NCBI RefSeq assembly: GCF_018977255.1
Contig: NW_024704742.1
Coordinates: 11,596,001-11,660,000, forward strand
Length of the DNA stretch: 64,000 bases
From: Callorhinchus milii
Lineage: Eukaryota
Direction: 5' to 3'
The translations under genes were made by a program, and so were the position numbers. The stretch's first letter is position 1. The number at the start of each line of letters is the position of its first letter. Shown here in pieces: positions 39,145 through 52,931 of the stretch. Below the pieces are notes generated by a model. That model saw only the letters and a program-made list of their open reading frames with translations, did not search any database and was not told the DNA's origin.

Positions 39145-39981
39145 AGGATCTCTTGCTTCTTCAAACAAAGTATTCTGCATCTTGTTAGGTAACCATGCTG
39201 TTGTCTATTGTTTATACATAGCTGTAGAAACATTTTACAAGAAATATTTCAAACAACATTAACCTACTTTGAGTGGTATACTTATGTGTGGGTGTGTATT
39301 TATTTGTGTGTGTATATTCATGTATGGGTATTGTATCTGCCTGGTATGTGTATTCGTGTGTGTGTGTGTGTCAGAGTCAGGTTCAGACTTCGCCACTGTC
39401 GAGGGCTCCAGGATGTTACCACATATGAAGGACTCTATCTAAATGCAAGTTGTTGTTGTGCGTGTTCATTTGTCTGTGTATTTGTGTATGTGTATATCCA
39501 TATGTATGTGTGTGTGCAATGCATGCACCTTTATGTATATATTTTGAAACTGGGGAGTCTTTTGATATTGTCTTTCACTACTGTCTTGAATTGCTACAAA
39601 TCATTGCCTGGTCCAATTTTAAACCCATCAGAGTGTGACTGAAAGACTGCACGCAGGAAAATAAAAGTAGTCAACTTGATTCTTTGTCCATTTGCTAAGC
39701 CTTTGAATTTGTCATTACAAATCTTTGAACCTTTTATTCTGCAAGCAGTCTTAACTGGTTCTTTTATAAATAAATGTAAAAAAGCCTCCTTAGTCCCATT
39801 AAATGACAATGTAGTAGGGCTCTGTGTTTCGTTTCAGAGATGTTTTTACACTGGCAGTCTAGTATACTATTTAAATCCATATTTTCACCCAGATTACAAT
39901 GTGATATGTGAATGCTGTAGAGGTGCCCCTTTATAACACAGTAATGGGGGGTAGGCATAAGATCCGAACCCACTTTATAGT

Positions 39982-40563
39982 GGAGTCCTGTAGATCAGTG
40001 GTTCGAGCACTCGTCTTGCAAACCTAGGTTTGATTCCCGGCAAGGCGAACATTGGCCAAGTTTCCTTACTCCACACGCCACACAGTAAGTAGGAACCCAG
40101 TGGTTAGTCGATTGACGGGGCCCTTTTCTGAGGGTAATAATTCCTTCAAAAAAAAATTGTCACCCAATTCACGACTGTTTGTGGGACACTGCTATGTGCA
40201 ATTGGCTGCTGCGTTTCACTCACAAATATATACAGTCAATGCACGATACAGTATATTCTGTGAAGTGCTTTGAGATTTCTTGAAGACGTGATAAGGCAAC
40301 AACAACAACAACAACAAGATTCCATTTATAAAGCGCCTTTCACGTCAGGAGGACGTCCCAAGGCGCTGCACAGTTGGGTCATGACCCGAGCAGGGGGGAA
40401 ATGGTCAGGGGGAGGGGAGGGAAGGGAGGGAGCGAGGAGGGGGGAAATGGTCAGGGTGAGGGGAGGGAAGGGAGGGAGCGAGGAGGGGGAAGAGAGTCGA
40501 GAGGGGAGCTGAAGGCTCGGTCAAAGAGAAAGGCACTATATCAAATGCAAGGATTATTATTAT
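39982..40563 (+). mobile_element. tRNA-Ala SINE interrupted by an L2 insertion
   Basis: Head GGAGTCCTGTAGATCAGTGG at 39982; the tail resumes at 40530 as AAGGCACTATATCAAATGCAAGGATTATT. Confidence 0.85.
40297..40531 (-). mobile_element. Young 5'-truncated L2 (family A)
   Basis: Reverse complement differs from 41-280 at only a handful of positions; AAGGCA duplicated at 40293-40298 and 40530-40535. Confidence 0.9.
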
Positions 40564-41071
40564 AATGCGGAGTAATCACTGATCAGGGCCTGTGACATAC
40601 CAATCACATGACCAGTGAAATTACTGCGTGCGCTCAGAAAGGCAGCTGCTTCCCACACCACAATATTGTCTAATTTCCCGGGTCATCAAGTCACTGCCAA
40701 CATTGGTTTCTGCTTATTGTACATGTTAATTGTGCAAGAACCCACAAAGCAGTGACTCGCTGATCCAGAAGTCATCTGCTTTATAGTGCACAGAGAGTAT
40801 ATTCTAACAGGGAATCTACCGCATTTCATTCATCTCAATCTGTTCAACTCAGATTTATATCAGTGTCATAATCCAATTTGCTCAAATAATCTTTCAATTG
40901 CTGGTACTCTTGTGCATAGATGTATAATAACAATAATCCTTACATTTGATGTTGCACCTTTCATATTAGAAGGACGTCCCAAAGCGCTTCACAGGGTGTA
41001 CTGTAAAGTGCAGTGAGACTGTGCGTTTATGGGCGAATAGCCATCCGTGTCTGCAGAACATTGAGGCTGTT

Positions 41072-41378
41072 CTGCCCTAGAGGGGGTGCAGCGTAGATTC
41101 ACTAGGTTAGTTCCTGGGATGAGGGGGCTGACCTATGAGGATAGGCTGAATAAACTAGGGCTGTATTCTCTAGAGTACAGAAGAATTAGGGGAGATCCTA
41201 TTGAAACATATAAGATTCTTAAAGGACTGGATAAAGTCGACGCTGAGGGTCTGTTTCCCCTGGTAGGAGAATCTATAACCAGGGGTCACAGTCTTAAAAT
41301 TGAGACTGCCCCTCGGGGCAGGCTCGAGGGGCCGAATGGCCTACTCCTGCTCCTAATTCTTATGTTCTTATGTTCTTT
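41072..41378 (+). mobile_element. CR1 LINE 3' end with internal deletion
   Basis: QRRFTRLVPGMRGLTYEDRLNKLGLYSLEYRRIRGD...TRGHSLKI joins almost directly to the GGGCCGAATGGCCT stem and (TTCTTATG)n tail. Confidence 0.9.
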
Positions 41379-44300
41379 CAAATACCATGTTCTCCCACTT
41401 CCCAGTTTAAGATTATCATTATTTTACCAAAACACATTTCAGGACCATTTCAGTTGGATATGTTTATACAAGAAAGAGACCTGCTGTCCTGGAGGCTTTT
41501 GCCTTTGTCCTGCTCTCTGCAGCTCAGAAGCAGACTGAACCCAGTTGAAATTGAGTTGTATTTAGGATCACAGTTCAGTTTCAGACCATTCACATGATTT
41601 CAGGTCGAATTAGTTCAGTCATTGAAGACTTCTAAATCATGACTTATTCTTTTCACGAGGCAAAACATTCCCATTGATCTAAATATGCAGAGGCCACTGG
41701 CTCTCGGCGAATTGCGGATTAGTAATCCAATCTCTTTTCAGATAATTTTATGAATCACAAGGCCAAGCCTCATGTGCTGCGAGTCCATCATCTAAACCCA
41801 CCGATTGGATTGTTGTCTTTCTATTAAAGGCACATTCAATGCTTTTCTGCAGGCAGCGTATGTACAGTGATGGGCTTTTTGTTTCCTCTAATTTTCCCCA
41901 TTGTCCTAAAGATGTTTGGCTCCTTATCTCTTCCATTGGGAGTACAGTGGAGAGCATTCAAAGAATATTCAAGCACCTGAGGCAAACCCAATTTTATTCT
42001 CATCCAACATCCACATATTGGAATCTCAAGCAAGGTGTCTATGGACTTAGATCAGCAGTAGCTTATCTAATTCCATCCTCACCCAACTCCATTATCCCAC
42101 CCTACATGTGCACACTAACAAGGGGTGCTGAGGTCAATGGCAGTGCACTTACGGCCGCTGTGGTTGAGAACAGCAAACTCAGCACAATCTGTACAGTGAC
42201 CAAGATTAATTGAAGTTGAGTCAGATCTAATAGAAATTTGTATTTTGTTATCACTGTCTGAAATACGTTGCCCATGACTGCTTGTTTATTGTTTGGTTTA
42301 ATTACTTTCGACTTCTCAAAGTGTTTTTTTTTAAAAATCTAATTTTTGAGGCATTATGTCTAACGAATGCTTGAGTATCCATGCATATCCTGCTGTTATT
42401 GTCCTGTGAAATTAAATTAATGTTTTGTTCTTCTGAGAATATAATTAAACAGCAAGCACTTGTGTGGTGCATAATAGCCTATGATACGTGACATGGGTTT
42501 CCCTACTGAACAGTAGCACACGCTCCATACATGTGTACTGAGGATGGCGGAGTTTGTGCAGAAAACGCTTAGCATGAAATTATTCAATCAGCATCTACAG
42601 AGCTTTTCTGCGATTCAAGGGAGTTAGTGCTAGGAAATAGAACTCTCTTATTTTCTACATGATTATTATTATTACATGCAGTGCATCAAGGACTCTCAGA
42701 TGAGGTGGAAAATTTCGATACAGAAAAAAAATCCTCTTTTTTTTGTACCAGTTACCTCAATTCCCACTGCACTTTATCCAAATTCTTGTGAAGCACCTCG
42801 AGACATCTCCACAAAGGTATAAGATGCAATATCAAACGCAAGGTTAATTTATTTTATGAATCCTCCTTTCTACATCACCGTGCCACTTCCCCACTCTCCA
42901 CAGTAAGCATCCTGAGGCTTATCCGAGTGAGATTGCTAAATAAGTGGGGCATAGACTTAACGCACAACCAAAACAGTTTGAACTTGTGTAAGTAAAACTG
43001 TTTTCAGAACTGAAGAGCTTTTAGATGTCTCAACAACATGCTGAGGCACTATATTAAATGCAAGGATTATTGTATTATCCTAATTTTGGGAAGAATTCCT
43101 TCACCCAGAGGGTTGTAAAGACTTGGAATTCTCTGCCCCAGAAAGTTGTAGAGTTGGAAAGAATCAATAGGAATGTTTTAAAGAGAGATAGACTTAGTGG
43201 TAACAATAATAATCCTTACATTTGGTATAGCGCCTTATCATGTCTTCGAGGAGTCTCAAGTGCTTCACAGAGTACATTGTAAAGTGAATTGACTGTATAT
43301 TTTGTAGACGCAGGAAGGTAGAGGTGAGCGAAGGAGCCAGATATTGGGATTAAAAGTTCTTTCTATAGTTCTAAAATGTGATAGACCGATGGTCATAGAT
43401 CATGGGTGAAAATATTCTTTGGTGCGTGGTGGAGTGACTAAAATTCGATTAAAGAGCCAGTCCTCTTTCAGACAGGTGAGCCATTGGCTTGACCGACAGG
43501 TCCAATAGCCAATCGGAAATGAAAACAACAAGTTGCATTTATATAGTGCCCCTCACACAGGGTAGTATCCCAGAGCACTTTACAGTGGTGGAGCACAATG
43601 CCGAGCCGGGGGAGGGGGAGGTGACCGTAAGCACGGTTGAAGGTCGGAGCCAGACAACCCTACAAGCAGTCTTTTGGATCTTGAGCGGGCAAGGGTCGCT
43701 TCTGCATTGGGAGAGGAGCCAGAGGCAGTCCGTACCGGGGGTGACATGGATTGGGGCTGCTCGGGGTAATGACTGTAGCCCTCCTCAGAGCTTTCAGCTC
43801 CCAGCTCCCCTTAAAGAGATGAAGCTGTCGATGGAGGGGAGGGCAGCAGCCTGAAGGCCAAATGTGTTTTCTAAGCTACACACGATCCTCCAGCAATAAT
43901 AATAATAATCCTTACATTTGTTATAGCATCTTATCATGTCTTCGAGACGTCTCAAAGCACTTCACAGAATATACTGTAAAGTGAATTAACTGTATATTTT
44001 GGGGCAAAATGTACAACAACAACTTGCATTTATATAGCACTCTTTAAGTGGGGTAGCATCCCATTCCAGTAAGGTCTGACCAGGATATTATACATCTGTA
44101 ACGTATTGAGTTTTGTAGGTTATTAAACCCTTCAAGTTATGCAGCAAAAAATTTTTAAAAATACTTCAGAACAAGAGTATTCTAAAATAAATGGTTTTAT
44201 GTTTAAACTTCATTTCAACCACAAGGACTCTTTTGGGACAAGTAATAAACTTGTTAGGGAAATTGAATTTCTAGTTGTTTAAAATGCAAGCTTCAATAAA

Positions 44301-44819
44301 TTACAAGGAATTCAAAAGGAATAGTGCCTCTTAAATTGCCCAGGAGCAGATTTATATTACCCAAATTTAATTTAGCAGCCAGAAAAGTAATTCTTTGTAG
44401 GTACGTTTCTTTCTCTAGCCAATGTTCTCCCATCCCTCTTGTGTCCTGCAGATAGTTTTTTTCTGCTAGGCTACAGTCCCATTTATGTCATTCATGCTTT
44501 GGTGCCTCGGTTTAGAGATTATTATTCATATAATCATTGTAATGAGATGTGCTGCAAAGTTTGCAAAGAGTGTTCTTCAGTTGATTTAGTCTCAAATCCC
44601 TGACTGTCCAGCGCGTTGGGACATCCTCCCGGCATGAAAGGCGCTATACAAATGTAATTTGTATTGTATTTATCTGACAACAAATCTGACAACCTTAACC
44701 ATATCAATTTTCTCCCCTCCTTTTATGTTTACTGTCTTTATTTCACTATCTCTTTCTTAATTGTCCTAAACTCTTTAAAGTGATACTACAAACCTTAGTA
44801 GTCCACATAGCCAGGTCAT

Positions 44820-45050
44820 TTGACCGTTGATAAGGGTTATCTTGGCCCAGTGCTGTTTTTGCTTGCTGTCCACACACACACACAGGCATAGACACCAGCA
44901 CCCAACACACACAGCTTTGTCCCACAGTCTCTGAATAATGATCAGGAGTAGGAATCATTCCCCTCCCAAGCCAAGGGTGTGACAATTGACCAATTCTAGC
45001 TCCCCGATGACTATCCTGGCTGAATGAAGCAAATTCTGCACAGACTTTGA
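44820..45050 (-). mobile_element. Ancient degraded SINE-like repeat (possibly LF-SINE type)
   Basis: Weak mutual similarity with about 11800-11990, 41970-42190, 6660-6760 and 56670-56930 (GCTGAG..CAGC.AACTCAGCACAGAC, GAGGCCAATT motifs). Family name from memory. Confidence 0.4.
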
Positions 45051-47202
45051 TTGACTTGTAAAATCTTTGAGACGTTGGAGGAACCTGTAATTCTGTGTTA
45101 AGAATCATACAGAAAAATAAATAACTGATTGTTTTGTTGATGTGCACAAAATCTTTTCGAATTTAGGATGTAATATGTACCAGCGAGGGTCGTGTTGTCT
45201 GATGGTCAAGGTGACTTTATGAGTCTGTTAGAATGTTTCATTTATTAATATTAAAATAAATCACCGCTCTAAGAAACAATCATGCAACAAAAATGTATCA
45301 CAGTCAAATGCATGAAAAGTGTGAAATATCATCAACAAATGTTAAACCTTTCTTTAGCTGAAGCTGAAAGGTTTACAGGCACTTTCTAGTAAAGCACTTT
45401 CCAAACATCTGTGTCTAGAACATGCCTTATTAACTTAAAACAATAATAAGTAATAATAATAATCGTTGTATTTGATATGGAGCCTTATCACGTCTTCGAG
45501 ACATCTCAAAGCGCTTCACAGAATATACTTTAAACTGGATTGATTGTATATTTTGTGGGAGAAACGTGGCAGCCAATTGCACACAGCAGTGTCCCGCAAG
45601 TGGATTGAGTGACTAAATTATTTTTATTTATTTGAAAGGAATTATCACCCCTGGAAAAGTAATCCACACTATTAAGTATAGAGGGAGAAAACCGTTTGAG
45701 AATAGACCTGCAGGTATACACATATATGTGTGCAAGTCACCTTGTGTGCAAGCAGGGGCATGTGTTCTTGGGTACCCACCCAACTACTTGTGCTTGCTTC
45801 TTTCTGAGATTCCTGTGCTTTCATCATCCTATGTTACTGGTATCTCAGCAATGCGTATCCCAGTTACTGCATTTGGCATTTGTCTGCTACCAAAAGAAAT
45901 GATAATTGTTCGTCCTTATTTGTTCTGGATCTCATTCAGAGCTTATACAGATCTGATCAAATATGGAGTCTTCTGGCAGTCTATACGCATTTTGATTCAT
46001 TACTGTAACCAGAAGCGGAGCCTATTAAATGAGGTTGCCTGGGTGGGGTGGTGGCAGAAGTTCTAAACAATTCTTTGATTAATAATTGGTCGAGGTCTGT
46101 AATCTATTTGAGAGGGAAGAGAACAGTCTGCTTTCTGTATTCACCATTGAAAATAGCCTTGCAAAATGTTTCAGGAATACAGGCTGTGCTTTTCTGTGCA
46201 CATTATAAACAGGCAGCATTCCACCAGCACTTTTTGAAACACACCCAGTTTACTTTGCTCTTTCTTTTTTCTTCAAACGAAAGACGTGTGTGTGTTCAAA
46301 TATTGGTGCAGACACTTGCTGTTTTCTCAGTCATTATTTCTGCCGCTGAAAACTGGCGCCAGTCCTGTGAGAAACCAATGTAAGGGGATTGTTTTGATGT
46401 CAAATTGCACTTTTCTGTGGAAGTTTTAGACCATCTGCCTGTTTTCATGAATATTTTCTCTCATTTTCACTCACTGTGAGCTCAGTGTTTTGTTTCCTTC
46501 AAGTGAGAATAAGGTTAGGCAGAGCAGAGTAATACTGAACAAATCCATTTAAGTTATAGACCAGAGACCATTTTTTCAAAAGTGGCTAGCACTAGCAGTA
46601 AGTATAGAAACCTAATCCTTGAAAAGAAAGGAGATTCTTATTTATTGTGAGAAAATACCCTTTAAAATAGTTTTTTCGTTAAATCCTGTTGAGAAGCACT
46701 TTACCAGCTTGTGAACATCAGGAGGACAAACCTGTCAGTAAATTCAGGTTTTCTAATTGAAAACAGTGATGAGACCTATTGTCCAGCCATCATCAAGGTT
46801 AATGACTAGATCATCATCATTCATTCTTCCATTTAATACAGCGCCTTATCATGTCTTCAAGAAGTCTCCAAACACTTCACAGAATATTTCTACAAAGTGA
46901 ATTCACTGTATATTTTGTGTACATAGTTATATACAATATTTTTTTCAATTTTTTTGACAGGTTTATTATCCTGGGTAGTTTACATTTCAGGAGCTCTTAA
47001 ACAAACCAAATGGCTAGATTGATAGTCTTCATACAATATTAACTATAATAATAATAATCCTTGCATTTAATATGAGCGTTATCACATTGTTGGGATATCT
47101 CAAAGCGCTTCACAAAATATACTGTAAAGTGGAGTGACTGTGTACTTTGTGGCTGAAACAAATAGATGAGAGGAAGAGTTCATTTCAGAAATAATGCTTA
47201 CA

Positions 47203-49402
47203 ACAACACAACTTGGATTTATAAAGTGCCCTCCACGCCAGACAGTGTCTCAGAGCGCTTTACAGTAACAGATCCCGGTGTCGAGCCAGGGGGAGGGGGA
47301 GGAAGGTGACCAAAGGCGCAGTCTTTGAAAAGAAAGGTCTTCAGCAGAGACCTGAAAATAGGAAGAGAGGGACCGAGGCAAAGGGAGTGAGGAAGGGAAT
47401 TCCGGAACCTCGGGGCGTAGTGGCTGAAGGCACGGCCGCCGAGGTGGAGCAGAGTACTCAGGGGATGAGGAGGCCAGATCCGGAGGAACAAAGGCAACGG
47501 GTACTGTTTTAAGGAGAGAGAAGGTCAGAGAGGTAGGGGGTTGCACAGGAGGGAAGGGAATTGAATACAAGAGTGAGGATCTTGAATTCGATCCTCTCTG
47601 GGATAGACAGCCAATGCAGTCTGGCAAGGACTGGGGTGATTGAGGAGTGAAGTTTGGTGCGGATGAGAATGCGGGTGGCAGAGTTTTCAGTGATCTGGAT
47701 TTTATGGATGGTAGTGGAGGGGAGGCCGGCGAGGAGGGCATTAGAATAGTCCAGCTGAGAGGTGACAAAGGCATGGACTAGGGTGTCAGCAGCTTTTGGG
47801 GAGAGGTATTGGTGGACCGGGCGATGCGTCGGAGGTGGAAGAAAGCGGTGCTGCTGAGGGACCGGATGTGGGGAAGAAAGGATAATTGGGGGTCGAACCT
47901 GACGCTTAGGTTGCGTACGGGTTCGGAGAGTTTTAGGGGGAGATCGGGTAGGTGGAGGAGGTGAGAGCCATGAGATTTTAAGACGTTAACGAGAGCCAAA
48001 TAGTATGGCTTCCGTCTTGTCAATGTTCAGCTGAAGGAAATTTGCGCTCATCCAGCCCCTGAGATTTGACAGGCAGACTGACAGAACATCAGGGAACTGG
48101 GGGGGGTCACAAAGAGGTGGAAAAATAGAGTTGGGTGTCGTCTGCATACATGTGGAAATGTACTCCATGTCTGCGGATGACACACTCAAGAGGGAGCATG
48201 TAGATCAGCAAGAGGAGGGGGCCAAGGGTGGATCCTTGGGGTACCCCGCAGGTGACCGGGTGAGAGCGGGAGGAGAAGCCGTTTGTGCAGATGTACTGCT
48301 GGTGGGTTGTGAAGTAGGGCTCGAACCAGGCGAGTGCGGTCCCACTGAGGTGGATGATGGAGGAAAGGCGGTGGAGGAGGATGGCATGATCGACTGTGTC
48401 AAAAGCCGCAGAGAGGTCCAGGAGCACAAGGAGGCAGAGGGAGCCCTGGTCACAGATAGAGAGGATGTCGTTTGTGACTTTCACAAGCGCAGTCTGTACT
48501 GTGGGCAGAGCGGAAACCGGACTGGAGGGGTTCGAAGAGGGAGTGGGAGGAGAGGTATGCACGGAGTTGTTTGGCAACAACACATTCTAGGATTTTGAGA
48601 GGAAGGGCAGGTTAGAAATGGGGTGGTAGTGGCTGGGGTTTGAGGGATATAGGGAAGGTTTCTTGAGGAGGGGAGTGATGACAGCAGTTTTGAGGGGAGC
48701 AGGGACTGATCCGGAGGAGAGGGACTGGCTGATGATGTCAGCCAGTAGCGGGCAGAGGAGGGGGAGCTGGATGACCAGCAAGTTGGTGGGGTCGAGGGGG
48801 AGGGGGTCGAGGCAGCTGGTGGTGGGTTTCATGGAGGTGATGGTGGGTGAGTGGGAGGAGGGAAAGATGGGGAGGAAGAAATGTAGGATGGGGTGGTGGT
48901 AGGAGCAGATGATGGGGAGAATGAGGGGCACAGAGAGGGCGTGGTGGTGGGTGACAAGGTGCTGGTGGATGAGGCTGCCTGGCGGATGTTGTGAATTTTA
49001 GATGAAAAGAAGTCCATGACCTCTTCGCACTTCGCATTTGATATGAAGATTGAGGAGGCCTGAGAGGGGGCACGGAGGAGGTAGTGGGTGGTGGGAAAAA
49101 AGGATTTTAGGGTTGTGTTTAGCCTCCAAGATGATGTTGGAGTAGAAGGCCGTTTTTGCGCATGTCAAGGAATGGTGGTAGCTGTGGAGATGCTTGAGCC
49201 ATAATTGGCAGTGGACTGTCAGGCCAGTTTTTTGACATCTGCGCTTGAGCAGCCGGGTTTGGGTTTTTAGGCGGCGGAGATGGTTGTTGAACCAGGGGGA
49301 TCGGGTGGGTTCGGAGATGGTCCTGGATTTCAGTGGGACGAGGGAGTTGAAGGTGGTGGAGAGGTGATCGTGCAGCATCTGGACGGCTGCTTCAGGATCT
49401 CC
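47203..49402 (-). mobile_element. 2.2-kb 5'-truncated, frameshifted L2 LINE
   Basis: HPISNLPFLSK, LLDLSAAFDTVDH, GVPQGSTLGPLL, MYADDTQLY and LQLNIDKTE lie in shifting frames; TSD GCTTACA at 47196-47202 and 49403-49409. Confidence 0.95.
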
Positions 49403-50470
49403 GCTTACATTCTTAGGATTTCAAAGTGTGCAGATTGTAGGAGGTAAGGACATCCACAGCCTTTTGGAGGCCAAAGCACACAAAGTCACAACCTCCCAAT
49501 GCTATTTTAATTTTTATCACCTGCGTGCCTGACACACACAAGGAAACCCATCGTCATGCTTAAGAGTATCCAAACTAGAGAGAATTCCACATATGTATGC
49601 CCTTTGATCATGGAAATTTCCTTGTGGAATGGATGTGCTCTCTCTCTCCTTGGAGGGAGGGACGCACACTCTGCTAACTGAATTCTGGAAAATATCAGGC
49701 ACAGATTAGCAAGATACAAAGGCTTGGGATTCCGAAGTGAGCACTACGCTAAACCTGCACAGCTTGCCAAACTCATAACTTGCACCCTAGCGAACTTCCT
49801 GCAACTTGTACAGCAAGGACCACTTTATCGGTTATGGCTTTGGTTTGCAGTGTTAACAGTTTACCTTTAGTAGGTCATTTGACATCTGCCGAGAGCATAT
49901 ATGAGCCGCTCACTCGGGGGTCAACAGGTACTCAGAATTCTCTGCAGATATCCTGGTGAGTAGCACAGCTCAGCATGACATGTGTGAGAGCATTGCCACT
50001 AAACACCTGTTCACAGCTCAGACACACATCCATTGAGTGACTGTTCCACCAGTCATTGGTACGAAGCGTGAACAGTAGCTGCTTACCTCTCTGCATTCCA
50101 GTCAAGGTGGATACCAAGCCGTGGATATGTGAGCGAGCTCAGTTCTCCAGATAATGTCACCCCAAGCCTCAGAGTTTATCAACTATTCAATGAACATCTG
50201 CCTTTAGTGTGGTGGGACCTTTACAGGTGACATGCCTTGTGCTGAAGGTCCAAATCCAATCTGTGCACTAGGCTAACTCAGCTGGTTAATCCGTTTTCTC
50301 ATGTGAGGGGCTTTGACAATGCAGTGGCGACAGGTCAGTGTAGACCAGAGCCCGCCCTCCTTGCAACCTGTTCCCCTACTTACCATATACCTACCTCACC
50401 GATAATTTTGGAAGCCTCTCTGCTACACACTCAGGAGTTTAGAACCATAAAGGAGAACTGTTTGGACATC

Positions 50471-50868
50471 ATAATAATAATAATAATAAAAATAATGATC
50501 CTTGCATTTGATATAGCACCTTTTATCACATCTTTGAGACGTCTCAAAGCGCTCATGGAATATACTGTAAAGTGAATCAACTGGATATTTTGTGGCCGAA
50601 ACGCGGCAGCGAATTGTGCACAGCAGCATCCCATAAACAGTCGTGAATTGAGTGACCAATTTTTTATTATTATTATTATTTTTTGAAGGATTGATTACCC
50701 CCAGAAAATCGATCCGCCAATCTGCTAACAACCACTTGCAACTTACTGTGAGGTAAACAGAGGTGTGTGGAGTAAGGAAACTTGTCCAGTGTTTCACCCT
50801 GCCGGGAATCAAACCTAGGTCCTCTTCCTTGCGAGGCGACTGCTCTCACCATTGATCTACAGGACTCC
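50471..50868 (-). mobile_element. Full-length tRNA-Ala SINE
   Basis: Reverse complement runs from the GGAGTCCTGTAG head to the (TTA)n tail. Confidence 0.87.
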
Positions 50869-52889
50869 ACACCAGAATGCCCTTCACCCTTACCCAGCAC
50901 GGTCCCGCAGGACAGTGTCCAAATGAAAATTGGCGTCCATCATGACCCCCAGATACCGATAAGAAACATTAAATTTGGATGCCACTTTCAGCAACTAATT
51001 CCTGAGATATGTAATTGACATGTAGTGCTCTACATTGTTTGGAGATTGCCTATTGATTCTCAACTTCTATTTAGTACCTCTCCATCTATGTCAGTCCTCA
51101 TACTCTGACGTTTGCCTGTCGAAAGTTGTATACTGGGATTCGGTTGTATCTTTGCACCATTTCCCAATTCCGTTTGAATGTTACTAAGCTGTGCTCAGTA
51201 TTGGCCAGTGGTTAAACTATTTCTATTCCCTGAACACTGTCATAGTCACTGACGAAAACTAAATCTATGGGATTCCTGACATCCTGAGTCAGGAAGCAGT
51301 TATCAACCACAACGATGAGCTCAGGCAAGTTCCCACTTTCTCTCTTCAACATTTCCGTTTTAATTTGGGTTGCTTGAAGCTCCTCATCCAAAACACCTTT
51401 TTTTTGTTTTGCTTTGTTCATGTTTCTAACATTACAATAACATTATCAGTTGTTCTTATTTTAGTCTGAAGCCACCCCCATTTTTAAGCACATCTAACTG
51501 GAGACTTTTTTTACCTTGGCTCATCCCAAAATTCTGGCTCATGTATCATACCTTCTCATTTGCCCTTTACAAACCTTGTGTATCTTCCTATCTTTCCTGA
51601 AAGGCCTGTATCCTAGCCCATTAGACCATAATGAGAATCACCTCATTAGCACTGTTTCAATGCAGTTTAAAACATATCCTAACAAAGTATTTCCTTTTGG
51701 TATTTTCAAGAATGTCGGTGTTGTAATTTATGCTGGAAGATGGTGGTGAAATGCTTGTTTGAAACTAAATATTTCAATGGATTCTGGTGACGTCTTGAAA
51801 AAGTTGAACTGACTAAATTGCTCCTTTTTTAATCAATATCGATACAGTAGCAAATATTGCTGGCTGGAAACATTACTCCAAGTGTCATTACAATGCAGTT
51901 GAAATAATTTGTTAGTCTTGATCAAGAAGTGCAAAGCAGAAAAAAAAAGGTTAGAAAGTGTGTGTGTGTCTGTTTCTCCTTCTCCTTCTATTGCATATTG
52001 TTCAGTTGCCATTGGAGGTGTGGGTTTTGTATCACACCTGCCAGCTGTTTTTTCTTCTTGCCACTTGTGACTGGAAATGGTGGGAGGGACATCAGTTTCC
52101 GAATTTATTTTGTACAAGTCTCAGCAGTACTTCAACCAATCTTCAATATCTTAGAGAGATAAGCCAAACTCCAGTTCTGTAATTTGCTCACCTGTCTCCC
52201 CATTGCATAATGACTGTCACACATGAAATGGGTACTACGTTGCACAGTGTACTTGTGTACATTTCACCATCGATACTTGGAACATCTGCCCTTGAAGAAA
52301 AAAGTGGAGTGGCAGATTGCACACTCTGAGGTCTCTGAATTATGTCTGCAACGGTTGCATTCCCACAGTTTTAAGTGTTGCCATCAACAAGGACTTTTGC
52401 TGGTCTGTTTCTATTTTTAAATGTTAATAACTTCAGTTTACTTTGTGAGAAGTTTTCAATTTCCGTACATTTGCCCGCATAGAGATTTATTTGTTACAAA
52501 TTTCAATCCAAGCCTTGCCAGTGTTGAGTGCTACAAAACTTTCTATCCCACGAGATTAAGAACACTGATAAAATTTGTAGTGTGTCTGAAAGTAAAAGCT
52601 GGTATGTTGGCTTGTTTTATTTTAAATTGATGTTAAATTAGATTAACTTCCCTGCTGAAAAATTTGGGTTTACAGTAATGGACAAATTAAATCCCAGTGA
52701 GGATACGATCTAAAGATCAACTACCAAAATCTGTTGCATCTCACCTGCATTGGCATATTTTAATATTTTGTCTTTATTTTCCTTCATTAGTTTGTTCTTT
52801 ACTTCATTCTAATTTCCTTTGCCTGCTTTCATGTAGCACTTCATTCGGAATGTGAGCTCTTCTGTTTCTTTTTTCTTTGCCTGTTTCAG

Positions 52890-52931
52890 CTATCGATTTT
52901 ATGCTGGATGCATTAATATGGAATGGAGAGG
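52890..52931 (+). CDS. ADGRL3: Putative 42-nt ICL3 cassette exon, (N)YRFYAGCINMEWR(G)
   Basis: Strong polypyrimidine tract and CAG ending 52889, GTAAGA at 52932. Phase 2-2 fits the host intron, no stop. Pattern resembles the ADGRL2 ICL3 insert. Confidence 0.65.

Noticed and set aside
45677..45713. FENRPA followed by CAG|GTAT as an ICL3 exon
   Set aside because: No pyrimidine tract and it adjoins a SINE. The two AG acceptors I tested give 37 and 32 nt, which break frame.
47203..49402. Active reverse transcriptase gene or novel retron-like system
   Set aside because: Ordinary L2 ORF2, 5'-truncated without an endonuclease domain and broken by several frameshifts.
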